Origin: an uncultured delta proteobacterium | Lineage (GTDB): Bacteria > Desulfobacterota > Binatia > UBA9968 | Assembly (NCBI GenBank): GCA_963760795.1 | Contig: CAVXEP010000018.1 | Coordinates: 64,183 to 128,182, forward strand | Reading direction: 5' to 3' | DNA length: 64,000 nt | Shown: piece by piece, positions 41,404-51,972 of the stretch | Numbering within the stretch: position 1 is the first letter of the stretch | Layout: every line of letters starts with the position of its first letter | Made by a program: the position numbers and the translations under genes | The notes under the pieces: model-generated | What the model saw: only the letters and a program-made list of their open reading frames with translations | The model's database searches: none | What the model was told of the DNA's origin: nothing

Positions 41404-42384
41404 ATGTTTGTCATTCTGTTTCGCTTACCAACGTTGATACTGCTGATTCCGATCGTGCTCATCGGCTTGCCTTCGACCGGTCTCCCGCAGCCGTTGGAAA
41501 AGGTGTTGTTTACCGCCACCAACTCGGAAGACATGAACCAAGTATTGTTTCGTTACGGCGTTGAGAAAGGCCACTTCAAAAAAGCAGGTATCGATTTGGA
41601 ATATCGGTTCCTGCCGCCTAATTTGGCGCTCTCCGCGCTGATCTCTAAGGATGTCGATTATGTCTCGCAACTCGGCACTCTGTCTCAAGCCGCGCTCCAG
41701 GGGCTACCGGTGCGCACCATCGCGGTGGGCTATGACCGGCCATTTTTTTACATCATGGTCCAGCCCTCGATCAAGTCGGCCAAAGACTTGCTCGGCAAAA
41801 AGTTCGCCGTCGGCTCGTTGCGCGGCTCGGCGGCGCGCAGCGCTCGCGCAGCGCTACGCTCGCTGGGCCTCAATCCCGACAAAGACGTGACGACGATCGT
41901 CGTCGGCCAATCGTCGACACGCATGTTGGCCATGGAAACCCGCTCGGTGGATGCTTCGGTCTTTCCCCCGCCGTGGAACTTTCGCCTGCGCCAAAAAGGC
42001 TTCACCGAGCTGATGTTCGCCGGCAAACATGTCACCGAGCCCTTTGTCGGCATCGCCACGACGATCGAGAAAATGCAAAGCAATCCCGGCCAAGTCAAAC
42101 GCTTCTTGCGCGCCTTCCTGGGCAGCTTGCGTGCCCTGAAAAGCGAACGCAAAGAAGCCACCGCGTTCCTCGCGCGCACGTACAAACTAGAACCGGACAT
42201 CGCCGCCGAAATGATCGACGCGACGCTGCAAAGCTTGACCAAGGACGGCACCGTCGAAACCGACGTGCTACGCGACTACGTAAAAACAATTAAAGAGGAT
42301 ATCCGTCTAGTCAAAGATGTTGCACTCACCGATGTTATGGATTTCACCGCGCTGCGCGAGGTGTTAAAGGAAGCCGGCAATTGA
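41404..42384 (+). CDS. NMT1/SsuA-type ABC substrate-binding protein
   Basis: Signal peptide, GHFKKAGIDLE, KDLLGKKFAV. Confidence 0.85.
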   Translation: MFVILFRLPTLILLIPIVLIGLPSTGLPQPLEKVLFTATNSEDMNQVLFRYGVEKGHFKKAGIDLEYRFLPPNLALSALISKDVDYVSQLGTLSQAALQGLPVRTIAVGYDRPFFYIMVQPSIKSAKDLLGKKFAVGSLRGSAARSARAALRSLGLNPDKDVTTIVVGQSSTRMLAMETRSVDASVFPPPWNFRLRQKGFTELMFAGKHVTEPFVGIATTIEKMQSNPGQVKRFLRAFLGSLRALKSERKEATAFLARTYKLEPDIAAEMIDATLQSLTKDGTVETDVLRDYVKTIKEDIRLVKDVALTDVMDFTALREVLKEAGN

Positions 42385-42529
42385 GGTTGCCGATGGTGTG
42401 AACGCTCGGGAAAGCTCCATACCAGGGGAATGAGGGTCAGATTGTTAAACAGCACACTCTGACAAGAAAGTCAGGAAGTAAAAGATCCCATTCCTCCTCC
42501 TGAATTTTTTGTCTCGAATCCGCCAGCGC

Positions 42530-43517
42530 TCAACGCGTGCAATCGACGATAACGGTGCCCAACTTGGTGCCAGCTTCCACCGCAAGGTGAGCCTCGGCGG
42601 TTTCCTTCAGAGGAAACCGCGCTGCGACCATATGAATTCTGCGCCCGCCTGCGAGCCACTCGGCCATTCCGGCCTGCGCCTTTCGCTGCAGCGCCATCGG
42701 CGTCAGCGGAAGCTGCAGGAAGTAAATTGTGACGTTTTTGCGCATCAGCAGGCGGACCGTCACCTTGGGCGCCAGATTGCCCTTGCTGGCATAGACAGCA
42801 ATGGTGCGAGAACCGCGCGAGGATTTTTTCCGTGATGGCGATGTTGCCGCCGAAGTCCACTTCGACGATGCGGTCCACACCCTTAGGACTGAATTTGCCC
42901 ACCCGTTCAGCGACGTCCTCCTGCTTGTAGTCGATCACCAGGTCCGCGCCGGCGGCCTGGGCGATCTTGGCCTTCTGCGGCGTGCTCACGGTCGTGATGA
43001 CGCGCGCACCGCCCCATTTCGCCAACTGAATGGCGTAGTGACCGACCGCGCCTGCGCCGCCGGTCACCAGCACCGTTTGTCCGTCGATGGGACCAGCGTG
43101 GAATAGGCAGATCCACGCAGTCATGCCGGGCACACCGAGCGTTGCGCCCGCCGCGAACGACACATTGTCCGGCAGCGGCGTAACCAGGTTTTCGTCGAGG
43201 GCGATATATTCAGCCGCGGTGCCAAAGGCGCGGCCGTTACGCTGGCCGTTGTAGAGCCAGACTCGGTCGCCGACCTTGAAACGCTTGGCGCCTGAACCGA
43301 TCTGGTCGACGAAGCCTGCGCCGTCGCTGTTGGCGATCACGCGCGGATACTCCATCGGGTCTACGGTGCCCGCGCGGCGATAGGTATCGGACGGATTGAC
43401 GCCCGACGCTTCAAGCTTAATGCGAACTTCGCCGGGGCCGGCTTCCGGCGTGGGCAGGTCGCCGTAGTTAAAGACTTCGCGCGCCGGGCCTTGCTTGTCG
43501 TACCAGACTGCCTTCAT
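42530..43517 (-). CDS. NADPH:quinone reductase (MDR family), frameshift near 42810
   Basis: SGVNPSD, VLVTGGAGAVG; C-terminal AEAHLAVE...GTVIV in a second frame. Confidence 0.88.
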
Positions 43518-43635
43518 ATCGTGCCTCGACTGACCTGTCGTCTTTTCGCTTGGAGGCGGGAGCAAACCTTACGATCTAAAGATTTCGCGCCGGAGCATCG
43601 ATCGGAACGAGTTCTGAAAATCCGCTATCCAACTT

Positions 43636-44761
43636 CTACAGCCGATACAGCTCCGCGGCATTTCTCCACAACACTCGTTCGCGCGTCTTCCGCCGAAACT
43701 CCCTTGAAGCAATGATCGATGGTTTCCCGGGTGCGCGGCCAGGTCGAGTTCGCGAGTGGAAGATTGGCCGACCAGAGAATGCGATCGGCGCCGATGTAAT
43801 CGGTGAAGGGCGCGACGGGGTCGTACCAGGCATTGAAGAAGCATTGCCGCTTGAACATCTGCAACGGTGTCAGGTCGTAACCTTCGCGGGCGAGACCGTC
43901 ATGTTCGAACTGGTGATCGGCCCATTCCAAGTAGAGCATGCCCCAACTGAGGGCGCTCTCGGCCAACACCAAGCGCAGTTTCGGATGGCGCAGCAAGACC
44001 CGCGAAAAAGAATAGAGGGAAATCACGAACACGCTCGACACCGGTTTGGTCGCCGCGTCCACCGCCGCGGCCAGCGCCGGTTTCATGTTCGGCGGCAACG
44101 GCGATTGTAATTCCGGCGACGCACCGGCGTGGAGACAAACCGGCACGGCCAATTCTTCGCACACCGACCAGAGCGGGTCATACTCAGGACCACTGATATG
44201 GGGAACGTCACGCAAATGCATGGGCAAGGACGGCAAGATCACACCGCGATGGCCGCGGCCGACCGCGCGCTTGATCTCGGCGATCGCCGCTTCCACCGGC
44301 CAGATCGGCACCAGGCATTGCGGGATGAAGCGCTCGCTGGCGCTCGCCCACTCGTCGATCAGCCAATCGTTGTAAGCTTGGACACAGGCGATTTCCAATT
44401 CGGAGTCTTGCAGGCGGCCGAAAGTCTCCCCCGCTGAACCGGCCACCGTCGGATAGAGAACGGAATAGTCGATGCCCGCAGAATCCATCGCCTTCAAGCG
44501 CTCCGCCGGGGTAAACGCCGGCGCCGGCACATCGGCCCAGCGTTTGGGATCTTCATTGCGATCCGCCATCAACGCCCCGGCCCGCGCAGTGCGGCCGTCC
44601 AGAAGCATTTGCCCATCCAGGAACCACTGCTCGCTGCCATCTTTGGCAGTAACCAAATGAGGAACCCGGTCAGCAAACTTTTTCTGCACCCGACTGGTCC
44701 ACAGATTCGGCGTCTCCTGAACATGATCGTCGACGCTGACAAAGCCATATTTCAAATGCAT
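43636..44761 (-). CDS. Amidohydrolase_2 family protein, frameshift near the 3' end
   Basis: SVDDHVQE, AYNDWL, LWSANLP; NAAELYRL in the alternative frame. Confidence 0.85.
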
Positions 44762-44784
44762 GCAAATTTCCTCTCTAGAGACTA

Positions 44785-44871
44785 TTCACCACGAAGGACA
44801 CGAAGAGACACGAAGGGGTTCGGTCAGTTTAAACTGCCGAACTTCGTGCTCCTTCGCGCCTTCGTGGTGAA
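44785..44871. repeat. TCACCACGAAG palindromic element
   Basis: ttcaccacgaaggacacgaagagacacgaag...cttcgtgctccttcgcgccttcgtggtgaa. Confidence 0.9.
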
Positions 44872-46060
44872 ATTCGATTTTCTCATCGCGCAGGGCAACT
44901 TCGACTAATCGCCATGCCGGCAACACCGCGTCGATCTTGTACAGCCGCACGGCGTTTTCATACTGCATCTTACGCCGGTCGGCTTCGGGCACACCGGTGA
45001 GCACGCGCTCGACCTCGCGCCAGGAATGCGGATAGTACGATGCCACATGGGGGAAATCCGATTCCCACATGATGTTGTCGACGCCGATGTCGTCGCGCAG
45101 CTTGATGCCTTCGGCCTCGAACCAAAAGTTCACGTACATCTGCCGGCGCACGATCTCGCTCGGCCGCGTGGTGATGCCTTCGGTCCAGAGATGGCGGCTC
45201 TCCCACTCGTGATCGCAGGTGGCGATGACATAGTTGAGGCTGCCGACACCGGCCTCGGGAAACACGCTGATCAAGCCGGGAAACTTTTCGGTGATGCCGG
45301 AAAAAATAAATTGCGGCACGATCTGCGCCGGCGTCACCGCCGAAGTCGCGGTCTGCGCCGAATGGGCCTGGCGATGGGAATAGCCGCTCCACTTGCGCAC
45401 CGATGCACCGGCGCTCAACCCGGCCGATCCATGAAAATGAATCGGCAGCTCCAACGCCTGACAAACTTCCCAAAGCGGATTCCAGAAAGCATCGGTGATA
45501 TGCGGCAGCCCTTTGGGCATCTGTCCCATGAGATTAACGCCGCGATGGCCCGCCGCCGCGGCGCGCTCGAGTTCTTTCTTGATCACCGCCGGCGCGCTCA
45601 AGTACGGCACGATCGCCAAAGGCACGTAGCGGTCGCTGACCCGTTTCCACTCCGCGAGACAGTCATTGTAGGCGCGCACGACATCCAACTCGAACTCGAT
45701 ATCGCCAAACTCGAAGAAAGATCCGCCGGGCGGATTTGGAAACAGAATCTCGGCGTCGACGCCATCGCCATCGAGCATCGCCAAGCGCGCCTGCGGATCG
45801 TGATACGCCTTGGGTATTTCTTCGTAGAGTTTTGGATAGGTCGGAAATGGCTCGCCCATCAAAGCTGGGCAATTGGCGACATTGCCATGCTGCGGCTCGC
45901 CGTACACCGACCAATGATCGATCCGTTCGCCGTTTTTGTTCTGCTCAATAATATGCGGAATGCGCTCGCCCCATTTGCTGGCGGACATGCGCTTGGTGAA
46001 ATCGTCGCGATCAAATCCCGCATGGGAGTCCGCGCTGATGAGTTTATGCTTGATCTCCAT
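44786..46060 (-). CDS. Amidohydrolase_2 family protein (3' end runs into a repeat; true stop uncertain)
   Basis: ISADSH, IMWESDFPH, ENAVRLY. Confidence 0.85.
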   Translation of the reverse strand: MEIKHKLISADSHAGFDRDDFTKRMSASKWGERIPHIIEQNKNGERIDHWSVYGEPQHGNVANCPALMGEPFPTYPKLYEEIPKAYHDPQARLAMLDGDGVDAEILFPNPPGGSFFEFGDIEFELDVVRAYNDCLAEWKRVSDRYVPLAIVPYLSAPAVIKKELERAAAAGHRGVNLMGQMPKGLPHITDAFWNPLWEVCQALELPIHFHGSAGLSAGASVRKWSGYSHRQAHSAQTATSAVTPAQIVPQFIFSGITEKFPGLISVFPEAGVGSLNYVIATCDHEWESRHLWTEGITTRPSEIVRRQMYVNFWFEAEGIKLRDDIGVDNIMWESDFPHVASYYPHSWREVERVLTGVPEADRRKMQYENAVRLYKIDAVLPAWRLVEVALRDEKIEFHHEGAKEHEVRQFKLTEPLRVSSCPSW

Positions 46061-46080
46061 TTCCTCCTCCTACCTGCTAT

Positions 46081-47058
46081 CTAGTCCAATTCATGACATG
46101 CAACCCAATGGTCGCTTTGTTTCGCTTCCAATAATGGTTCCATCGCGCGGCATTTTTCAACCCTGATTGGACAGCGCGGCTCGAGCCGGCAGCCTGGCGG
46201 AGGATTCACCGGCAACGGCACTTCGCCCCTGAGCGTCTGCGGGGCGGCGTCCATGAACGATTGCACGGTCGGGTTTGCCGCCAGCAGCGCCTTGGTATAG
46301 GGATGCAACGGGTTCCTGAAAATGTCCTGAACCGGAGCGATTTCCATCATCTTGCCGGCATACATCACACCGACGGTATCGGCGAGATAACCGACAACAT
46401 TCAAGTCGTGGGAAATGAACAGCAGAGTCAAATTCAGCTCGCGCTGCAGCCTACGCAAAAGATTCAGCACCTGGGCCTGCACCGACACGTCGAGAGATGA
46501 CACGGGCTCGTCGGCGATGATTAGTTTGGGATTTGCCGCCAGCGCCCGGGCGATACCAAGACGCTGGCGCTGGCCGCCGCTAAATTCATGGGGGTAACGG
46601 TAAAGATGATCGGCGCCGAGGCCGACGAGTTCCAGCAGCTCAACCACCCGGTCGACTTTTTTCTGACCTCTGGCGCCAAAAAAAATCACCAGCGGCCGGC
46701 CGACGATATCGACCACGCGCATGCGCGGATTGAGCGACGCGTAGGGATCCTGAAAAATCATCTGAATTTGGTTACGCAACCGACGCAGCTCTCGCTTGGG
46801 CAAGCGCAAAATTTCACGGCCCTCGAAACACACCTCGCCCTCGGTGGCGGGAATGAGTCTGGCAATCAGCCGTGCAGTGGTCGACTTACCGCATCCGCTT
46901 TCACCCACCAAGCCGAAGGTTTTTCCCTGTGGGACGTCAAAGGAAATCCGGTCCACCGCCTTGAGCGTCTTGCCGGCGCCAAGCCAGCGGCCGAACAGAC
47001 CGCTGCTGACATCGAAGTGCTTCGTGAGGTTTTTGACCTCGAGGAGGGAGTTGGTCAT
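46081..47058 (-). CDS. Oligopeptide ABC ATPase, OppF/DppF-like
   Basis: GESGCGKST, FSGGQRQR, C-terminal Cys domain. Confidence 0.93.
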   Translation of the reverse strand: MTNSLLEVKNLTKHFDVSSGLFGRWLGAGKTLKAVDRISFDVPQGKTFGLVGESGCGKSTTARLIARLIPATEGEVCFEGREILRLPKRELRRLRNQIQMIFQDPYASLNPRMRVVDIVGRPLVIFFGARGQKKVDRVVELLELVGLGADHLYRYPHEFSGGQRQRLGIARALAANPKLIIADEPVSSLDVSVQAQVLNLLRRLQRELNLTLLFISHDLNVVGYLADTVGVMYAGKMMEIAPVQDIFRNPLHPYTKALLAANPTVQSFMDAAPQTLRGEVPLPVNPPPGCRLEPRCPIRVEKCRAMEPLLEAKQSDHWVACHELD

Positions 47059-47179
47059 TTTAAAATTTTCGCAGTGCGATCTTCGATTAACTCAGCTGAG
47101 CCGGCGATTTTCAATCCCGCCCAAGAACATCAGAAATCTACTTTGCGGTCTTTGGATAACTTGCGGTTAAATCTCCGAA

Positions 47180-48163
47180 TCAGGTCGTCCGATCAGCCCC
47201 GGGAAAATAACAGGCCGCCTGGCTCTGGTTCATTTTTTCTTCCAGCCGTGGCGCTTCGGTTTGGCAAATTTCCCGCGCTTTGGCACAGCGCGGATGGAAC
47301 CTACACCCCGGCGGCGGATCGAATAAATTACACACCGTTCCGGGAATTGCGCGCAGAGATTCATGACGCATCTCCGGTCGCGGTATGGCATCGAGCAGAG
47401 CGATGGTATAGGGATGCTGCGGCTGGGTGAACAGTGCCTTCTTGTCCGCCACCTCGACCATGGAGCCGGCGTACATAACGCCGATCCGATCGCACAACCG
47501 AGCCACCACTCCGAGGTTGTGGGAAATAAAGATCAGCGCCATCTTGAACTTTTCCTGAAGCTCTTGGAGCAGTTCAAGAATCTGCGCTTGAATCGTCACG
47601 TCTAGGGCTGTGGTCGGCTCATCGGCGATCAGCAGCTTGGGTTCGCACGCAAGCCCCATGGCGATCATCACCCGCTGCCTCATACCGCCGCTCAGTTCAT
47701 GGGGATAGCGATCCGCCAAGGTATGCGGCGACGGCAGCCGGACCAGCGCCAAGACATGCTCGGTAAAATCCCGGGCGACCTTTTTCGAATGGCCCATGTG
47801 GACTTGGTAGCATTCGCCAATCTGCGCGCCGACGGTGAGCGACGGATTGAGCGAGGTCATCGGCTCCTGAAAGATCATGGAAATGTGCCGGCCGCGAATC
47901 TTCTCCATCTCACGCTCGCTCTTCTTGAGCAAATCTTGACCCTCGAAGAGGATCTCGCCGCTGACAATCTCACCAGGCGGAGACGGGATCAAGCGGAGAA
48001 TCGACAGCGAAGTCACGCTCTTGCCGCAGCCGGTTTCGCCGACGATACCGAATGTCTCACCCGCCGACAGCGACAAAGACAGATCGCGCACCGCCGCCAG
48101 CGTGCCGCGCCGCAGGTTGAAATTGATCGAGAGATTTTTGACATCCAGTAGTGGCGTAGCCAT
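47180..48163 (-). CDS. Oligopeptide ABC ATPase, OppD/DppD-like
   Basis: GETGCGKS, LSGGMRQR, DEPTTALD. Confidence 0.93.
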   Translation of the reverse strand: MATPLLDVKNLSINFNLRRGTLAAVRDLSLSLSAGETFGIVGETGCGKSVTSLSILRLIPSPPGEIVSGEILFEGQDLLKKSEREMEKIRGRHISMIFQEPMTSLNPSLTVGAQIGECYQVHMGHSKKVARDFTEHVLALVRLPSPHTLADRYPHELSGGMRQRVMIAMGLACEPKLLIADEPTTALDVTIQAQILELLQELQEKFKMALIFISHNLGVVARLCDRIGVMYAGSMVEVADKKALFTQPQHPYTIALLDAIPRPEMRHESLRAIPGTVCNLFDPPPGCRFHPRCAKAREICQTEAPRLEEKMNQSQAACYFPGADRTT

Positions 48164-48179
48164 GGCGGTCAAGATTCTA

Positions 48180-48262
48180 TTCACCACGAAGGCACGAAGA
48201 CCACGAAGTTCGGAATATTAACTTGTCCGAACTCTTCGTGTCCTTCGTGGCTTCGTGGTGAA
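48180..48262. repeat. TCACCACGAAG palindromic element
   Basis: Same arms as 44785; lies inside the ABC operon. Confidence 0.9.
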
Positions 48263-48268
48263 ATGATT

Positions 48269-49168
48269 TTATCGTTCATACTGCCGCGGGTCGAAGACAT
48301 CGCGCAGGCCGTCGCCGAGCAAGTTAAACCCTAAGATAATTAACGATATGGTCAGCCCGGGAAAGAACGCCGCCATCGGCTGGAGTTGAAGAAAAGGCGT
48401 CACCTCTTTCAACATCAGCCCCCAACTCGCGGTTGGCGGCGGCAGACCGAGGCCAAGAAAACTCAATGACGACTCCGCCAAGATCGCGTGGCCGAAGTCT
48501 AGACTAAGCCGCACCAGCAGCGGCGACATGCAATTGGGCAGTACTTGCAGGAACAGAATACTCCAGCTGGACTCGCCGGTCATGCGCGCCGCTTCGACGT
48601 ATTCTTTCTGTTTTTGCGACATGACCACGCCGCGGACTATGCGCGCGTAGGACGGAATCGAATTGATGCCGAGCGCGATATAGAGAGAATATAGCCCGCC
48701 GCCAAGGGAGGCGACCAGTGCAATGGCCAAGAGCCGGCCGGGAAAAGCGATAATCGCGTCCATCAGACGCATCAATGCCGAGTCCACCCAACGGCCAGCG
48801 AAGCCAGCAATCGCACCGATCGGAATGCCGAAGAAGGCGCCGAGAAACACCGCGCCGATCGCCACTTGAAACGCGGTGCGCGCGCCGAACACGATACGGC
48901 TGTACATGTCTCTGCCGAGGTTGTCGGTGCCCAACCAGTGCGCCGCGCTCGGACTCTTGAGACGTTGGGCAATGTCAATCTCGTAGGCATCATGGGTCGC
49001 CATCAGCGGTGCGGCCAGGGCGGTGAGCAGCCAGGTGCCGACGATCACGACGCCGATCAGCGCCATGCGGTTGCGCGCAATGACTTGGCAGGCACTGAAA
49101 AATCGCTGCCAGAAGGAATTCGCGCCATCGGCAGCGCGCCAAGGTCTAGGCAAAGTTTCTTGTTTCAT
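48269..49168 (-). CDS. Peptide ABC permease, OppC/DppC-like
   Basis: HWLGTDNLGRD, YVEAAR, LGDGLRD. Confidence 0.92.
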   Translation of the reverse strand: MKQETLPRPWRAADGANSFWQRFFSACQVIARNRMALIGVVIVGTWLLTALAAPLMATHDAYEIDIAQRLKSPSAAHWLGTDNLGRDMYSRIVFGARTAFQVAIGAVFLGAFFGIPIGAIAGFAGRWVDSALMRLMDAIIAFPGRLLAIALVASLGGGLYSLYIALGINSIPSYARIVRGVVMSQKQKEYVEAARMTGESSWSILFLQVLPNCMSPLLVRLSLDFGHAILAESSLSFLGLGLPPPTASWGLMLKEVTPFLQLQPMAAFFPGLTISLIILGFNLLGDGLRDVFDPRQYER

Positions 49169-49179
49169 CTTGGCGTCTG

Positions 49180-50145
49180 CTATTCGAGCTTGATGCGCGG
49201 GTCGAGCCATTGGTAGGCGATATCGACAAAAAGATTGATGAACACGTAGGTGACCGCAATCAGCAGCACGCTACCCTGCACGACCGGATAATCGCGTGAA
49301 TAAACCGCTTCGATCAATAGCCTGCCGATTCCCGGCCAAGAGAAAACCGTCTCGACAATAGTCGAGCCGCCCAAAAGCCGGGCGGTTTGTAAGCCGACCA
49401 CGGTTACCGCGGCAATCAGAGAATTTTTAAGCGCATGTCTGACGACGACCATGCGCCCAGGCAGCCCCTTAGCCCTAGCCGTACGCACATAGTCCTGGCG
49501 CAACTGCTCCAACATCTCGGCGCGAATGTAACGGGTGAGGGGCGCGGCGAGGTCGGTGCCCATGACGATCGCCGGCAAACACGCATGTTGGAGAAATCGC
49601 CACGGCGCTTCCAACGGATTGGCATAGCCGATCGACGGCAGCCAACCGAGATGCAGGCTGAACAAGACGATGAGCATCAACGCCAGCCAGAAATTAGGCA
49701 TAGCGATGCCCCACAGGGCGAATCCCATGGCGGCGTAATCAGCGGCAGTGTTTTGCCGGATCGCCGCGATCACGCCGGCGGGAACGGCGATCAACAGGCC
49801 GGTCAACAACGCGATGGCGGCGAGATAAATCGTCGCCGGATAGCGTTCGAAGATGACTTCGAAAACCGGCCGGCGCGAGCGCAGCGACATGCCCATATCG
49901 CCCTGGACGACGCGGCCGACCCAGTTGAAGTATTGCAGGTAAATCGGCCGGTCAAAACCCAACTGCCGCTGCAGCGAGCGATACTGCTCGTCGCTGATGC
50001 GCGCCCGCTCATCGGCGTCGATGCCCATCATCACCAAAACCGGATCGCCGGGAATGATCCGCACGATCAAAAACACCGCCAGGCTCACCAAGATGAGCAC
50101 GGGAATAAGCTGCCAAATGCGTTGAACGATATAGCGGAGTAGCAT
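49180..50145 (-). CDS. Peptide ABC permease, OppB/DppB-like
   Basis: IPGDP, YVRTARAKG, ETVFSWPGIG, LDPRI. Confidence 0.93.
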   Translation of the reverse strand: MLLRYIVQRIWQLIPVLILVSLAVFLIVRIIPGDPVLVMMGIDADERARISDEQYRSLQRQLGFDRPIYLQYFNWVGRVVQGDMGMSLRSRRPVFEVIFERYPATIYLAAIALLTGLLIAVPAGVIAAIRQNTAADYAAMGFALWGIAMPNFWLALMLIVLFSLHLGWLPSIGYANPLEAPWRFLQHACLPAIVMGTDLAAPLTRYIRAEMLEQLRQDYVRTARAKGLPGRMVVVRHALKNSLIAAVTVVGLQTARLLGGSTIVETVFSWPGIGRLLIEAVYSRDYPVVQGSVLLIAVTYVFINLFVDIAYQWLDPRIKLE

Positions 50146-50210
50146 GAGGGAAGCGGACGGTTATCGCCTCTACTGCAACGTTGGTTGTGCGCTTGGTTAG
50201 CGAAGATTGT

Positions 50211-50292
50211 TTCACCACGAAGGCACGAAGAGCACGAAGTTCGGAATATTATTTGTCCCAACCCTTCGTGTCCTTCGTGCCTTCGCGGTGAA
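50211..50292. repeat. TCACCACGAAG palindromic element
   Basis: Same arms. Confidence 0.9.
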
Positions 50293-50303
50293 TTCAGAAT
50301 CTA

Positions 50304-51854
50304 TCACTTATCGACCCAGGCGCGGCTTAGGCCGCCGCCCCACACTTCGAAGTCGCCGCTGCCATTGGTGACAAAGCCCTTTATATGGTCGCGGAAGGTA
50401 AAAAAGCGCGGCGTGAAGCCGATGGCGAAGATCGGCACATCCTGAACGACTTTGGTGACCACTTGCTTGAACAACGCGCGCCGCTTGACCGGGTCGACTT
50501 CGCCCTCGGCCTTACGCAAGAGCGCGTCGTATTCCTTGTCGCAATAACCGCTTTCATTGAGCCGGCGATTACGCGGATCCGGCTCGCAGGCATACTCTTC
50601 ATAAGCCGGTAGTGGGTCGGGAAAGTCGCTGCCGCCGGCGAGCTTGAACATGTATTTGCCCTGGCGCCTGGCTTCGAGAGCGGAAGCGCGCTCGAGAATC
50701 TTGAGCTCAACCTTGACGCCGATCTTGCGCAGCTGCGCTTGAATGACCGCGCCTTCGACATCGGCGACCTCGCCCCGGTTGCCCATCAGTTCTAGGGTCT
50801 CGCCTTTATAACCGGCTTCCTTCAACAACGCCTTCGCCTTGTTGGGATCGTACTGGAGCGCGGCAACGTCGAAATACCAATGGTGCCCTTTGGGAAATCG
50901 CTGGTCACCGACCTCGGCCAAACCATGGTAGGCTGCTTGCAAAATTTCCTTTCGGTCCAGAGCGTGAGCAATCGCTTGGCGCAATTTCTTATTGTTAAAC
51001 GGCGCATCGGCGGCGTTAAATTCTAGATTGCGCGCGCCGGCACGGGCCGCTTTGGCAAAGCCGATGCCTTTGACTTTTCCTTCAACAATCTGCTGCACCC
51101 ACTCGTACGGCGTGCGCTCGATGATATCGACATCGCCGGCCTGCAGGGCGGTGAAACGCACGGTGTTGTCGCCGATCTCTTTCATGACCACGCGGTCGGC
51201 GTAGGCCTTCTGGCCCCAATAGTCCTCGTGCCGATCGAAAACGATGCGCTGGCCCGGCAGCCATTCGACAAACTTGAAAGGACCGGTACCGGGAGGAAAA
51301 TTCGCCGGCTTTCTGATTCCTTCGGCGAGAGACTCCTTGGGAATCGCCGAGAATGAGCGAATCTCGGTGAGCAAGGAAAGTAAGACCGGATTATGCTGTT
51401 TGAGGTGTATCCGGAGGGTGTATTTATCGACGACTTCCGCTCGCTCCACCGCGCTCAGATCGTCCAAGCCGTAGGCGCCATTCTTCGGATTGATCGTGTA
51501 ATCGATGGCGAACTTGACGTCGTCCGCCGTCAGCTCCGCGCCGTTGTGGAACTTGACGCCGCGCCGAAGTTTGAAGGTATAAACCTTTCGATCCTTGGAA
51601 ATCTCCCAAGATTCGGCGAGCCGCGGTTGAATCGCGCCCTTCAAGTCTTTGGCGAGCAACGGCTCGTACATGAGGTCGCGAATCCGTGCCTCAGTGGAAC
51701 TGGTGTTCACCAGTGGGTTCATCAGCGCGAGTTCTTTGCTAACCCCCAACGTAATCGTACCGCCGCGCTTAGGTTGTGCCGACGCGGCGTGAAGAATCGA
51801 CATCGCGCCGAAAAAAACCATGAAAAACAAATTCAGCAGCGTCAATCTTTTCAT
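50304..51854 (-). CDS. Family 5 ABC substrate-binding protein
   Basis: Signal peptide, KFHNGAELTADDV, GTGPFKF. Confidence 0.92.
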   Translation of the reverse strand: MKRLTLLNLFFMVFFGAMSILHAASAQPKRGGTITLGVSKELALMNPLVNTSSTEARIRDLMYEPLLAKDLKGAIQPRLAESWEISKDRKVYTFKLRRGVKFHNGAELTADDVKFAIDYTINPKNGAYGLDDLSAVERAEVVDKYTLRIHLKQHNPVLLSLLTEIRSFSAIPKESLAEGIRKPANFPPGTGPFKFVEWLPGQRIVFDRHEDYWGQKAYADRVVMKEIGDNTVRFTALQAGDVDIIERTPYEWVQQIVEGKVKGIGFAKAARAGARNLEFNAADAPFNNKKLRQAIAHALDRKEILQAAYHGLAEVGDQRFPKGHHWYFDVAALQYDPNKAKALLKEAGYKGETLELMGNRGEVADVEGAVIQAQLRKIGVKVELKILERASALEARRQGKYMFKLAGGSDFPDPLPAYEEYACEPDPRNRRLNESGYCDKEYDALLRKAEGEVDPVKRRALFKQVVTKVVQDVPIFAIGFTPRFFTFRDHIKGFVTNGSGDFEVWGGGLSRAWVDK

Positions 51855-51890
51855 AAACCCTCCATTTTCTGCCTTGGACCGGAAGAATTT

Positions 51891-51972
51891 TTCACCACGA
51901 AGTTCACGAAGGACACGAAGGTTTCGATAAATAGTATTCCGAACTTCGTGCTCTTCGTGCCTTCGTGGTGAA
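51891..51972. repeat. TCACCACGAAG palindromic element
   Basis: Same arms. Confidence 0.9.
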